Positions 1-9,423 of a stretch of 64,000 bases of DNA are shown in pieces (position 1 is the first letter of the stretch; each line of letters starts with the position of its first letter). Source of the DNA: Planctomycetota bacterium. Lineage in GTDB: Bacteria; Planctomycetota; GCA-002687715; CAIWVZ01. The translations under genes and the position numbers were made by a program. The notes under the pieces were generated by a model. It was not told the origin of the DNA. It saw only the letters and a list, made by a program, of their open reading frames with translations, and ran no database searches. The stretch is from positions 416,001 to 480,000 of the forward strand of contig JBGANV010000001.1 of the NCBI GenBank assembly GCA_044222185.1, in the 5' to 3' direction.

Positions 1-139
1 TCCGTGCCAGGTCGGCGAGCGCTGCGACATCCCGTCCCACGGCGACGATTCTCCACCCGGCGGCCAGGAAACGGGCGCTCGCAGCGCGTCCGATTCCGCT
101 CGTGGCTCCGGTGACGACGGCAACTTTCTGTTCGTTCAT
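1..139 (-). CDS. SDR-family NAD(P)-dependent oxidoreductase, N-terminal part (runs off the window edge)
   Basis: Read by hand from ATG at 139: MNEQKVAVVTGATSGIGRAASARFLAAGWRIVAVGRD, with the TGxxxGIG Rossmann motif of classical SDRs. Not in the supplied ORF list. Confidence 0.85.
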   Translation of the reverse strand, partial: MNEQKVAVVTGATSGIGRAASARFLAAGWRIVAVGRDVAALADLAR

Positions 140-187
140 GGGTTCATCGTACCGCGGGCGATTTTCGCGACCTCTCGGGCTGCCGGC

Positions 188-217
188 TTGACCGCACGAG
201 CTTGGTGTCGTCAGAAT
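188..217 (+). promoter_or_regulatory. Putative sigma70-type promoter for the pilC-led operon
   Basis: TTGACC (188-193), 18-nt spacer, CAGAAT (212-217), 20 nt before ATG 238. Confidence 0.4.
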
Positions 218-237
218 GCCCGCCTCGAGAAAGCGGC

Positions 238-1398
238 ATGCCAGAGAAAATCCGTCAGCGACGTGAACGACTCGCCCAGGTTGCGGCCCAGACGACGCCG
301 GAAGGAGGCGCCCAGGCGTCGGCCCCATCCAAACGGCGGAATCGAAAGGTGTCCAAGCAGGCTCGGACCCTGTTCACGACGCAGCTGGCGACCTTGCAGG
401 ACGCGGGCATGCCGATCCTGCGGAGCCTCCGGATCCTGGACGGCCAGATGGCCGACGGACCCATGAAGGAGGTCGTGAAGCAGCTCGCGGAGGATGTCGA
501 GACAGGCACCTCGCTCTCGGACGCCATGAACAAGTTCCCGGTCGTCTTCGATGACCTCTACGTGAACATGGTTCGCGCCGGCGAGGCGGGCGGTGCGCTC
601 ACGACGATCTTCAATCGTCTCGCCGAGTTCCTCGAGAAGGGCGACGCGCTCATCCGCAAGATCAAGTCGGCGCTCGTGTATCCGACGATCATCGTCGTGT
701 TCGCCGTCGCCGTGCTCGTCTACATCATGCTCGCCGTCGTCCCCAAGTTCGAAGACGCGTTCAAGAGCCTGGGCGGGACGCTTCCCGCGCCGACCATGGC
801 CCTGATCAACACCTCCAAGTTCCTTGCCGATTGGTGGTGGGCGTTCCTCCTGGGGATCATCGTCCTCGTCGTCCTCTTCATGTTCATCGGACGAACACCG
901 GGCGGGCGCCGCGTCTACGATCGGATCAAGCTGCGCCTCTGGCTGTTCGGACCGATCATCAAGGGGACGCAGATCGCCCGTTTCACGCGCACGCTCGGTA
1001 CGTTGTCCGCGAGCGGCGTCGAGCGCCTTCGCTCCCTCGACATCGTCGCGGACGCGTCGGGAAACAAGATCTTCGAGGAGGCGATCCGCAAGATCCAGGA
1101 AGCGGTGCGCGAGGGTGAATCCATGGCGCGCCCGTTGGGCGAAACCAAGCTCTTCGACGACATCGTCGTGAACATGGTGGACGTCGGCGAGGAGACGGGT
1201 GAACTCGACAAGATGCTCCTGAAGATCTCCGACAACGCGGAGACCGCCGTCGACGTCCGCATCTCGGGCCTGATGGCCGTGATGGAACCCGCGCTCCTGA
1301 TCGTCATGGGCGGCGTGGTCGGCTTCATCGTCGTCGCCCTCTTCCTGCCCTTGCTCTCGCTGCAACAGATGCTCGGAGGCGGCGCGCCACCCAAATGA
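238..1398 (+). CDS. pilC: Type II secretion F / type IV pilus platform protein (PilC/GspF)
   Basis: FTTQLATLQDAGMPILRSL, MVRAGEAGGAL, FTRTLGTL and MVDVGEETGELD: two T2SSF repeats and 3 TM segments. Start could be 202 (TTG) or 238 (ATG). Confidence 0.92.
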   Translation: MPEKIRQRRERLAQVAAQTTPEGGAQASAPSKRRNRKVSKQARTLFTTQLATLQDAGMPILRSLRILDGQMADGPMKEVVKQLAEDVETGTSLSDAMNKFPVVFDDLYVNMVRAGEAGGALTTIFNRLAEFLEKGDALIRKIKSALVYPTIIVVFAVAVLVYIMLAVVPKFEDAFKSLGGTLPAPTMALINTSKFLADWWWAFLLGIIVLVVLFMFIGRTPGGRRVYDRIKLRLWLFGPIIKGTQIARFTRTLGTLSASGVERLRSLDIVADASGNKIFEEAIRKIQEAVREGESMARPLGETKLFDDIVVNMVDVGEETGELDKMLLKISDNAETAVDVRISGLMAVMEPALLIVMGGVVGFIVVALFLPLLSLQQMLGGGAPPK

Positions 1399-2987
1399 CG
1401 GCTGCCCGATTGCGACCGAGCGCTCTCGGTCCGTTGTCGCTCCGACTGCGGATCACGCTCGTCTTCGTCGTGATCAACGTGCTCGTCTGGGGTGGACTGC
1501 TGTCCTACGTATTCGTCGAAGGCCGTCGCATCCAGAAGGCCTTCGAGGCGAGCAACGACCGCCTGCGGGAACGAACGCAGGACGCCATCCTCGCCCAGTT
1601 GACGCAGCTGCTCGAGATCAAGATCCGCGAGAAGATTGCCACGTCGCATGGGAAGCCGATCACGGGTCTCGAACTTCAAGACATCTCGTATTGGGACGAG
1701 CCCGCGTTCCGCTTCTACGTGCGCCGTGCCGTCGTGATCCAGACGTACGAAGAAGGTGGGAAGGATGCGGACGTGTTCCACCCGAGGACGGGATTGATCT
1801 TCGGGCACCGCGAGTTCGACAAGGAGGAGGCGGTCCGCCTCGTGCGCCGGGCGCTCGACCAGAACCGCGTGATCATCGAGGGGACGCACGCCGCGGGGCA
1901 GATCCGCATCGGCGGGCTCAAGACCAACAACGACCGGTGGGGCGGGGTCTACCTGTCGATCTACGACATCAAGCGCGACCTTCCCGTCTACGACCCGGTG
2001 CAGCCGTTGAGGCAGGTGACGGCCATCGCCGTCGTGGGGACGTTGGCACTCGTCGGCGTGCTGTATTCGTTCCTCGCCCGTAGCGTCATCCGCCCGCTCG
2101 AAGAGATGGGCGACGTCGCGACGGCGGCCGCAGCGGGCGATTACTCCCAGCGTGTCACCGTCCGGAGGCGGCGCGACGAGGTTGGCGGCGTGATCGAGGC
2201 CGTCAACCGCATGCTCGGCCTCGTGGAGGATTACCGAGCCAACATGGAACGCCGCGTGGCCGAGAACACGGCGGTCATCGCGAACAAGAATCGCGAGCTG
2301 ATGCTCGCCCAGCGACTGGTGGCCATGGGCACTCTCGCGGCTGGAATCGCGCACGAGATCAACAACCCGCTCGGGGGCATGCTGAACGCACTCGCCCGAC
2401 TGCGCCGTCTGGACATCACGCCCGAGCAGCGGGACCGCTACCTCACGCTCCTCGAGGAGAATACTGCGCGCATCGGCGCCACGGTCCGCAAGGTCCTGGA
2501 CCTCTCGCCGCAGCGGATGGTGCCGGGGCCCGTCCTCATGCCCGACGTCGTCCGGCGGGTCTTCGACCTCGTTCGGTACCAGGCCGATCGCGTCGGCGTT
2601 CGGCTCGAACTCGACGAGACGGGCCCGTTGCCGGCGGTCCTGGGCGAGGCGAACGAGGTCGTCCAGATCATCCTCAACCTCGTGTTGAACGCGATCGACG
2701 CATGCAACGCCGGGGGCGAGATCCGGGTGAGGCTCCGGCGCGAGGGTCCCTGGGTCGCGGTGGACGTCTGCGACGACGGCACCGGCATGACGCCCGAGGT
2801 GCAGACACGTGCCTTCGACCTCTTCTTCACGACGAAAGAGGCGGGGAAGGGGACGGGCCTGGGACTCGCAACCGTGCACAACCTCGTGACGAACCTCGGC
2901 GGCACGATCGACCTCGAATCCCAACCGGGCAAGGGGACCACGTTCCGCCTCCGCTTCCGCGCGGTCGACGAGGGCGCGTCCACGTGA
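1395..2987 (+). CDS. Membrane sensor histidine kinase (2 TM, HAMP, HisKA, HATPase_c)
   Basis: H-box AHEINNPLGG, N-box NLVLNAIDA, DDGTGM, FFTTK, GKGTGLGL. ATGA overlap with pilC. Confidence 0.93.
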   Translation: MTAARLRPSALGPLSLRLRITLVFVVINVLVWGGLLSYVFVEGRRIQKAFEASNDRLRERTQDAILAQLTQLLEIKIREKIATSHGKPITGLELQDISYWDEPAFRFYVRRAVVIQTYEEGGKDADVFHPRTGLIFGHREFDKEEAVRLVRRALDQNRVIIEGTHAAGQIRIGGLKTNNDRWGGVYLSIYDIKRDLPVYDPVQPLRQVTAIAVVGTLALVGVLYSFLARSVIRPLEEMGDVATAAAAGDYSQRVTVRRRRDEVGGVIEAVNRMLGLVEDYRANMERRVAENTAVIANKNRELMLAQRLVAMGTLAAGIAHEINNPLGGMLNALARLRRLDITPEQRDRYLTLLEENTARIGATVRKVLDLSPQRMVPGPVLMPDVVRRVFDLVRYQADRVGVRLELDETGPLPAVLGEANEVVQIILNLVLNAIDACNAGGEIRVRLRREGPWVAVDVCDDGTGMTPEVQTRAFDLFFTTKEAGKGTGLGLATVHNLVTNLGGTIDLESQPGKGTTFRLRFRAVDEGAST

Positions 2988-4255
2988 ACGACCCGTCGGT
3001 CCTCCTTCTCCTCAGTCTCATGCTCGCGGCGCTGCTTTCATCGGCGTTCTTCTCCGCGTCGGAGACGGCGGCATTCCAGATCGGTCCATCCGATCTCACG
3101 GACCTGGAGAAGTCCCAACCTCGCGTTGCGCGCGCACTCTCGAGGATCCTCACGGGGCGGCGAGCGATCCTCGTCACCGTCCTGCTGGCGAACCTCCTCG
3201 TCAACCTCTTCTACTTCAACGTCGGGCAGCTGCTCGCGGCCTCCGCGGGGGCGGCGTTCGGCACCGACGGACGAATTCTCGCGGACATTCTCGTCGTCAC
3301 GGGCGTCGTGCTGCTCGGTGAGATCGTTCCGAAGACCCTCGCCGTCATGCATCCGCGCCGCGTGGCGAGCCTGACGGCGATCCCGCTCCTCTACTGCGAA
3401 CGGATGCTGCGCCTGCCGCGCATCGTGCTCACCGCGATCAGCGATGCGCTCACGCGCCTGGTCGGGGTCGCGAAGGCGGAGGAGGGCGAGGTGACGCCGG
3501 GTGAATTGCAGCAGGTCCTCGCGGTGGCCGCCGAGAAAGGCGAACTCGGGATCGACGAGCACGAGTGGCTCCGTGCTCTCGTGGAGATCGACGACGTTCC
3601 CGTCCGCGAGGTGATGGTCCCCCGCGTCGAGATGACGGCATTCGATCTGTCTCACGGCCGGGAGGCCTTCATCCGCCTCTTCCTGCAGTCGCGCCGCAAC
3701 AAGATCCCCGTGTTCGAGGGCACCGTCGACCGGATCCGGGGCTACGTCAACGCCAAGGACGTCATCGTCGAAGGGACCGTCCTCGAGAAGGCGGTTCTTC
3801 CGGTCGTGTTCGTGCCCGAGGCTGCGTCCGTCGCCGACGTCATGGAGCAGATGCGTCGTGACGACCGCAGACTCGCGATCGTCGTCGACGAGTACGGCGG
3901 CACGGAAGGCATGGTGACGCGGGAGGACCTCGTCGAATCCGTCGTCGGCGACCTGCGCGACGAAACCGAGGCCCGTTGGGAGCCCGTGCGCGAGCTCAGT
4001 CCCGGTGCGTTCCTCGTCGATGCGGCGCTACCGCTGCACGAGTCGCGCCGCGTGTTCGGGCTCGAGTCGGAACGCATGGGCGTTGCGACGCTCGGCGGAA
4101 TGGTGGCGAATCGCCTGGAGCGCGTCCCACGCGTGGGCGACGAAATCGACGTGGGCCAGATTCGCGTTCGCGTGGTCTCCATGCGGGGACGGCGTCCCGA
4201 GCGGCTGCTGGTCCGCCACCTGGCTCTGCCGGAACCGAAGGAGGCCGTCGAGTGA
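2984..4255 (+). CDS. CNNM/hemolysin-family protein (DUF21 + CBS pair + CorC_HlyC)
   Basis: SAFFSASETA, GEIVPKTLA, VREVMVPR, IVVDEYGGTEGMVTREDLVE and a C-terminal TLGG...ERVPRVGD. GTG start overlaps the kinase stop (GTGA). Confidence 0.92.
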   Translation: MNDPSVLLLLSLMLAALLSSAFFSASETAAFQIGPSDLTDLEKSQPRVARALSRILTGRRAILVTVLLANLLVNLFYFNVGQLLAASAGAAFGTDGRILADILVVTGVVLLGEIVPKTLAVMHPRRVASLTAIPLLYCERMLRLPRIVLTAISDALTRLVGVAKAEEGEVTPGELQQVLAVAAEKGELGIDEHEWLRALVEIDDVPVREVMVPRVEMTAFDLSHGREAFIRLFLQSRRNKIPVFEGTVDRIRGYVNAKDVIVEGTVLEKAVLPVVFVPEAASVADVMEQMRRDDRRLAIVVDEYGGTEGMVTREDLVESVVGDLRDETEARWEPVRELSPGAFLVDAALPLHESRRVFGLESERMGVATLGGMVANRLERVPRVGDEIDVGQIRVRVVSMRGRRPERLLVRHLALPEPKEAVE

Positions 4256-5295
4256 TCGTCTCCCTCATCGCGCTCGTCGCCGTGCTCTTCGGTTGCGCGC
4301 TTTTCGCGGGCATGGAGACGGGTCTGTACTCCCTCGAGCGCGTCCGCCTCCAGGTCCGCGCGGAAGGCGGCGATCCGCGGGCCCGTTGGCTCACGCCCTT
4401 GATCGCCAAACCGACCCGCGCCGTGTGCTCGCTCCTGCTCGCGACGAACGTGTCGCACTACTTCCTCGCCGTCGTGGCCGCGCGCGTGATCGAGTCGTTC
4501 GTCCACAACAGCGACGTCTACACGCAGAAACTCGTGGACACGGTCGTGCTCGCACCCGTCCTCTTCGTTTGCGGCGACCTCCTCCCGAAGAACGTCTTCT
4601 TGCGCGAACCCGGCCGGTTGATGCTCATCTTCCAACCGCTGCTGCGCGTGACCACCTGGCTCTTCTGGCCCATCGTTGCGCCACTCGTGTGGCTCGTCGA
4701 GCGAACGAATCGGAAGTCGCCGGGGCACATGGGGTCGGCGGAGTTCTTCGACCGCGGCTCCATCCACTTCATGTTGACGGTCGACGACGAGGCCGCTCAG
4801 CTCACCCTTCCACAGCGGGAGCTGGCGGAGCGGGTGCTCAGGCTGCGATCCGTTCGCGTGCGGGACCGGATGGTCCCGATCGCGCAGGCCTCGGCCGTGA
4901 GCCTGGACGCGACCGCCCAGGAGGTTCTGGAAACGGGTGCCCGAACCCGCCACTCCCGGCTGCTCGTCCGATCCCCGGACGGCGTCGGGTTCATCGGGTA
5001 CGTCAACGTCATCGACGCGGCGTCCGCCGTCGAGGGCTTCCGGGTCGAGACGGCGCTGCACTCTCTTCCGGTCCTGGACGTGGAGCTTCCGATCACGGTG
5101 GCCCTGTACCGCCTGCAGCGGTCAGGCCGGCCGATCGCAGCCGTTTCCGCGGGGCCGGGGCGCTCGATCATCGGCCTGATCGCCGCGTACGACGTCGTCG
5201 AGGCTCTGTTCGCCGTGGCCGACCGCCGCAAGGACCGCGGACCGCGAACGGGGGAGTCCCGGGTGGCCGGCGGACAGGTCCCGCGCCGTCACTGA
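4252..5295 (+). CDS. Second CNNM/DUF21-CBS protein (no C-terminal CorC_HlyC domain)
   Basis: ALFAGMETG, GDLLPKNVF, VRDRMVP, HSRLLV. GTG start overlaps the previous stop. Confidence 0.88.
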   Translation: MIVSLIALVAVLFGCALFAGMETGLYSLERVRLQVRAEGGDPRARWLTPLIAKPTRAVCSLLLATNVSHYFLAVVAARVIESFVHNSDVYTQKLVDTVVLAPVLFVCGDLLPKNVFLREPGRLMLIFQPLLRVTTWLFWPIVAPLVWLVERTNRKSPGHMGSAEFFDRGSIHFMLTVDDEAAQLTLPQRELAERVLRLRSVRVRDRMVPIAQASAVSLDATAQEVLETGARTRHSRLLVRSPDGVGFIGYVNVIDAASAVEGFRVETALHSLPVLDVELPITVALYRLQRSGRPIAAVSAGPGRSIIGLIAAYDVVEALFAVADRRKDRGPRTGESRVAGGQVPRRH

Positions 5296-5380
5296 TCCAA
5301 GCCCAAATTGGCGCGTGACATCGCGTTGCACGACGGAGGTCCGTCCTGTAACATCCGCCGGTCCGATCTGCGGAGTCTGC

Positions 5381-5806
5381 ATGACGTTCGATGTGAAGTC
5401 GGCCATCGTGGCCCTGATCCTTGTTGGTGTCATCCTCGGCTTCGTCGCCGTCCGCGAGTCCAGTGCGCAACACTCGCAATCCGGCGGTGGCGGCGGCGGT
5501 GGAGATTCCACGCGCGATCTCATCGCGGTGACGGGTTCGTACGGAAGCGGCGCTTCCGTGCTGTACCTGATCGACGCGAAGACCCGGCACATGGCCGTGT
5601 ATCGCACCGAGAACGGCAAGCGTCTCGAGCTGGTGGCAGCGCGAGACGTGGGGTTCGACCTGAAACTCGAGTCGTACAACGATCAGAGCGAGGCCGGATT
5701 CACGCCGCGTGAGCTTCGAAAGAGCTGGACAGAGATCCTTCGTGGTGGTGGCGCGACGAGTCGCCCCACCGAGTCAGACGCCACCCTGCCGGGCGGCGGT
5801 CGGTAG
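5381..5806 (+). CDS. Hypothetical membrane-anchored/exported protein
   Basis: N-terminal hydrophobic helix, Gly7 linker, beta-rich LYLIDAKTRHMAVY...LELVAARDVGFDL. Fills the gap in a co-oriented operon. Confidence 0.75.
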   Translation: MTFDVKSAIVALILVGVILGFVAVRESSAQHSQSGGGGGGGDSTRDLIAVTGSYGSGASVLYLIDAKTRHMAVYRTENGKRLELVAARDVGFDLKLESYNDQSEAGFTPRELRKSWTEILRGGGATSRPTESDATLPGGGR

Positions 5807-5856
5807 CGCCCGTCGGTGAACCGACGGCGGCGAGCCTTGGAAGCGGAGATTGCACA

Positions 5857-6525
5857 GTGGCCGAGGAAGATTACATCTCGTTCGACAGCGCTCTGAAGGA
5901 ACTTCAACTCACGTCCGAGCAGCTCAAGCGGCTGGTCTCGGAGGGTGAGATCCGCGCCATCCGCGGAGAGCACAACTCCATGAAGTTCCGCAAGGAGGAG
6001 ATCGATCGCCTGAAGCAGGACACCGGCAAGACGATCCAGTACACGGAAGCGTCGTCGGACACCCTCACGGACGACCTGCTCTTCGACGAGTCGGACGACC
6101 TTGGATTGGGTGAGGAAGGCGCGTCGACCGTCCAGCTCTCGGGCGGCGATACCTTCGTCGCCGGCGGCAAGAAGGGCGCCCCGGCGCCCAAGCCGGCACC
6201 GAAGCCGGCTCCCGCCGCCAAGCCTGCACCGGCCGCCAAGGCTGCGCCGGCTGCGAACCGCCGCGCCGCCGCGGCGCCGGCAGCCGCTGCTGCCGCACCG
6301 GCCCGCAAGACGACGAACACGCGCTCGACGCGCGCGACCGGCGTCGGCGCGACGGCCGCGAAGGATCCGAGCGGCATCGGCATGGGCACGACGATCGCCG
6401 CGATCGTGACGTCGCTCCTGCTGATCTTCTCCGGCTTCATCGTCCTCGACACGACGAACGAGAAGACGACGTCGCTGACCGAGGGCATCGCCAAGTGGGC
6501 CCGCGGCAACAAGGGTGCGCACTGA
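5857..6525 (+). CDS. Excisionase/MerR-like helix-turn-helix protein with Ala/Pro/Lys linker and C-terminal TM helix
   Basis: YISFDSALKELQLTSEQLKRLVSEGEIRAIR...FRKEEIDRL (HTH_17-like), acidic stretch, PAPK repeats, TM IAAIVTSLLLIFSGFIVL. GGAG precedes the GTG start. Confidence 0.8.
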   Translation: MAEEDYISFDSALKELQLTSEQLKRLVSEGEIRAIRGEHNSMKFRKEEIDRLKQDTGKTIQYTEASSDTLTDDLLFDESDDLGLGEEGASTVQLSGGDTFVAGGKKGAPAPKPAPKPAPAAKPAPAAKAAPAANRRAAAAPAAAAAAPARKTTNTRSTRATGVGATAAKDPSGIGMGTTIAAIVTSLLLIFSGFIVLDTTNEKTTSLTEGIAKWARGNKGAH

Positions 6526-6636
6526 GATCGGAATCGAGATTGGCTCCGCGCGTGTAGGAGCATGATGGTGGGGCAGGTCGGTTGGCCTGCCCCGTTCCAT
6601 GTCGCACGAGGGAACGCGGAGTTCGGGGAGGCTGCG

Positions 6637-7353
6637 ATGCGTGGGTTCAAGGTCGGGGTGGTGGCCGTTTTCTTGCTGGCTGCGGGCGCCTGCACGAACA
6701 CGGGTGCGTATCAGGACGCCAAGAAGGAAGTCGACAACCAGGACGAAGTGATTCGTGCGCTGACCGCGCGCAACGAGTCGCTCACGGCGGAGAACACCGT
6801 CCTGCGGACGCGCGCCGAGGCCTGCGAGGCGGAGCTCCGACGGCTTCGCGAACTCGAGGACTCCTACCGTCGCGCCACGTCCGGCGTGGACGATCTGGAG
6901 AAGCGACTCCGCGAGTACGAGTCGCGTTCGGGCGCCGTCGATCCGGACATCGAGCTCAAGCCCGACTGGCGCGGAATGAAGTATGAGGTCACGGAGAAGC
7001 TGCTCTTCGACGTCGGAAGCGCCAAGCTGCGCCCGGCGGGGCAGGAAGCCCTGCGAAAGGTCGCTGAGCGCATTCGCGCCGGCACCGAGAAGATCATCGT
7101 CGAAGGTCACACCGACAATCAGCCCGTGAAGGTCCACGCGAAGGAGTTCCCGCTGGGGAATCTGGAGTTGTCCGGCGAGCGTGCGCTCGTCGTCGCGCAC
7201 TTCCTCGCGACGCAGGGCGGTGTCGACGCCGATCGCGTGTCGTTTGCCGGCTTCGGCGAGCACCAACCCGTCGTTCCCAACGACTCGACGGAGAACAAGG
7301 CGAAGAACCGCCGCGTCGAGATCGTCGTCGTCCGGAACCAGCCGCCTAAATGA
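6637..7353 (+). CDS. OmpA/MotB-family peptidoglycan-binding lipoprotein with coiled coil
   Basis: Lipobox-like LAAGAC, coiled coil, LLFDVGSAKL, VEGHTDN, NLELSGERA, GFGEHQP, KNRRVEI. GGAGG upstream of ATG 6637. Confidence 0.9.
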   Translation: MRGFKVGVVAVFLLAAGACTNTGAYQDAKKEVDNQDEVIRALTARNESLTAENTVLRTRAEACEAELRRLRELEDSYRRATSGVDDLEKRLREYESRSGAVDPDIELKPDWRGMKYEVTEKLLFDVGSAKLRPAGQEALRKVAERIRAGTEKIIVEGHTDNQPVKVHAKEFPLGNLELSGERALVVAHFLATQGGVDADRVSFAGFGEHQPVVPNDSTENKAKNRRVEIVVVRNQPPK

Positions 7354-8396
7354 CGGACCGGTCCCCGCAGGGCGCGGGGGCCGACCGACGGCGGCCCGCT
7401 TTCGAGAGGTTGTGCTTCGGCGTCGCGGCGGTCGTCTCGATCGTCGCGGCCGGGTGCTGGACGTGGCGACTCGTCATGCCGCCGCTCGAGGTGTACCTCC
7501 CTTCGGGCCTGATCGACTCCATGGTGTATTGCCCGCGGGGCGTCCTGCGCGCCGCCCCGGCTCAGCCCGCGCTCACGGTCGGCGACTTCTGGATCGACCG
7601 GTTCGAGGTCACGCAAGCGGACTTCAAGCGGTTCGTCGAGGCCACGGGGTACCGGCCTGCGGGAAGTTGGGACCGCATGCCGCGCGAGCGCCAGATGGGC
7701 GCCGACGAGTGTCCCGTCAGCGGCGTCTCGCTGATCGACGCACGCGCCTTCGCGGCGTGGTCGGGCAAGCGAATCCCGACGGCGGCCGAGTGGGACTGGG
7801 CAGCGAGCGGTCCCACGGGCCGGCGCTTTCCATGGAACGAGGGCTACGCGCCGAACTACGCGAACACCGTCGAGCTTCAGCTCAACCAGCCGACGCGAAT
7901 CGGCACCTTCTACAACGGCCGTTCACAGTTCTGCGGGGCGTACGACCTCGTGGGGAACGTGGCCGAATGGACGGAAACGCAGGTGCGCACGGGCTTCGAG
8001 TCCCGGTACGTCGTCCGCGGCGGCTCGTTTCGAGTTTCCGGCGTCGACGCGATGCCAACGCCGTCCGTGGGCGAGGCCGGCGTCGAGGACCACGCATCGC
8101 AGTGGGACCGCGCGCAGCTCGAACACATGGCCACGTGGGCGACCGACATCGGCTTCCGTTGTGTCGTCGATCGGACGGCGGCGGAGGCCGACCAGGCGTT
8201 GCGACACGCCGTCCTGCGCCTCGGCGCACGGGATCCCGTGGGCTATGTGGCCGAGGTCCTTCCGGCGAGACGTACGATCATGGAACTGGGAGCGCGCGTC
8301 TCTGCGCGAACGCTGCAGGATGCCCTGAGGATCCAGCGCGAGGACGTGGTCCGCGAGCGGATCGGGGAGGTACTGCGTGCGCTCGAATCCCGCTGA
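7350..8396 (+). CDS. Formylglycine-generating enzyme (SUMF1/FGE-sulfatase) domain protein, membrane-anchored
   Basis: FWIDRFEVT, PVSGVS, KRIPTAAEW, GAYDLVGNVAEW, RGGSF, IGFRC. N-terminal TM helix. Confidence 0.88.
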   Translation: MTDRSPQGAGADRRRPAFERLCFGVAAVVSIVAAGCWTWRLVMPPLEVYLPSGLIDSMVYCPRGVLRAAPAQPALTVGDFWIDRFEVTQADFKRFVEATGYRPAGSWDRMPRERQMGADECPVSGVSLIDARAFAAWSGKRIPTAAEWDWAASGPTGRRFPWNEGYAPNYANTVELQLNQPTRIGTFYNGRSQFCGAYDLVGNVAEWTETQVRTGFESRYVVRGGSFRVSGVDAMPTPSVGEAGVEDHASQWDRAQLEHMATWATDIGFRCVVDRTAAEADQALRHAVLRLGARDPVGYVAEVLPARRTIMELGARVSARTLQDALRIQREDVVRERIGEVLRALESR

Positions 8397-8432
8397 CGCC
8401 GTGAGCTACGGCACCAACGGCGTGCCGGTCAG

Positions 8433-9344
8433 ATGACCGACGCGCCGTCGTTCCGCGTTCCCGCCACGCCGCGTGAGATCCGCGATGCGCTTGCCGCTGC
8501 GGGACTCACGGCCCACAAGCGTTTCGGCCAGAACTTTCTGGGCGACGCTCGCGTTCTCGACCGGATCATGGAGCAAGCCTCGATCACGCCGGGGGAACTC
8601 GTCCTCGAGGTAGGACCTGGCCTCGGGGTCCTGACGGCGCGACTCCTGGCCGCGGGCGCGCGACTCATCGCCGTCGAGATCGACCACGGGCTTGCACGCC
8701 AGATCCGAGCCACGTTCGGCAACCACCCTCGGTTGACGCTCATCGAGGGGGATGTACTCGACGGGAAGCAGGCACTTTCCCGCCTGGTGCTCGACGCGCT
8801 GCGCGAGTCGGCGCCATCGGCATCGTCCGCCGGGTTTTCCGTCGTCGCCAACCTTCCGTACTCGATCTCGAGCCCGTTCCTCATCGGCCTCCTCGCGCCG
8901 CCGGGGCCGCCGCGACGAGCGACGGTGATGCTCCAACGTGAGGTTGCCGACGTGCTCATGGCCAGGCCGGGGTCCGACGAGTACTCGGCGCTGTCTCTGC
9001 TGGCGCAGGTGTTCGTGAACGTCCGGCGCGCGTTCGACGTGGGCCCCAGCGCCTTTCACCCACGCCCGGAGGTGGACTCGAGCGTCGTCGTGATCGAGCC
9101 GCGCTCCGACGTCGCAATTCCGTTCAGACCGTTCCTGGAATTTTCTCGCCGGCTGTTTCAGCAGCGGAGGAAGGCGCTTCGGTCGTCGCTCGTGATGCGG
9201 TTCGGCATCACGGCGGCGGAGGCCGTCGCAGCGCTGTCGGCGGCGGGGCTTACGGCGGACGACCGTGTCGACAACGTCGATGCGGCCGCTCTCGTCCGCC
9301 TGTTCGGGCAGCTCGGCGGACGGATCGACCCGGACGACGGGTGA
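8433..9344 (+). CDS. rsmA: 16S rRNA m6,2A dimethyltransferase RsmA/KsgA
   Basis: KRFGQNFL, LEVGPGLG, VEID, VANLPY, MLQREVA, FHPRPEVDS, QRRKAL. Confidence 0.95.
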   Translation: MTDAPSFRVPATPREIRDALAAAGLTAHKRFGQNFLGDARVLDRIMEQASITPGELVLEVGPGLGVLTARLLAAGARLIAVEIDHGLARQIRATFGNHPRLTLIEGDVLDGKQALSRLVLDALRESAPSASSAGFSVVANLPYSISSPFLIGLLAPPGPPRRATVMLQREVADVLMARPGSDEYSALSLLAQVFVNVRRAFDVGPSAFHPRPEVDSSVVVIEPRSDVAIPFRPFLEFSRRLFQQRRKALRSSLVMRFGITAAEAVAALSAAGLTADDRVDNVDAAALVRLFGQLGGRIDPDDG

Positions 9345-9423
9345 GGCCGGCCGTTCAGCCGCCGTGGGGCTCTCGCCGTCGGCTGGTACCATGCCCACCC
9401 CGCGCGTGCGTCGTGCGCGCGGC

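Noticed and set aside
2984-5295. Tandem CNNM paralogues as a novel system
   Set aside because: Paired DUF21-CBS genes are a familiar arrangement; nothing else unusual was seen.
6178-6303. Short tandem DNA repeats resembling an array
   Set aside because: Imperfect codon-level repeats encoding the PAPK/PAAK linker; no spacer structure and no cas genes.
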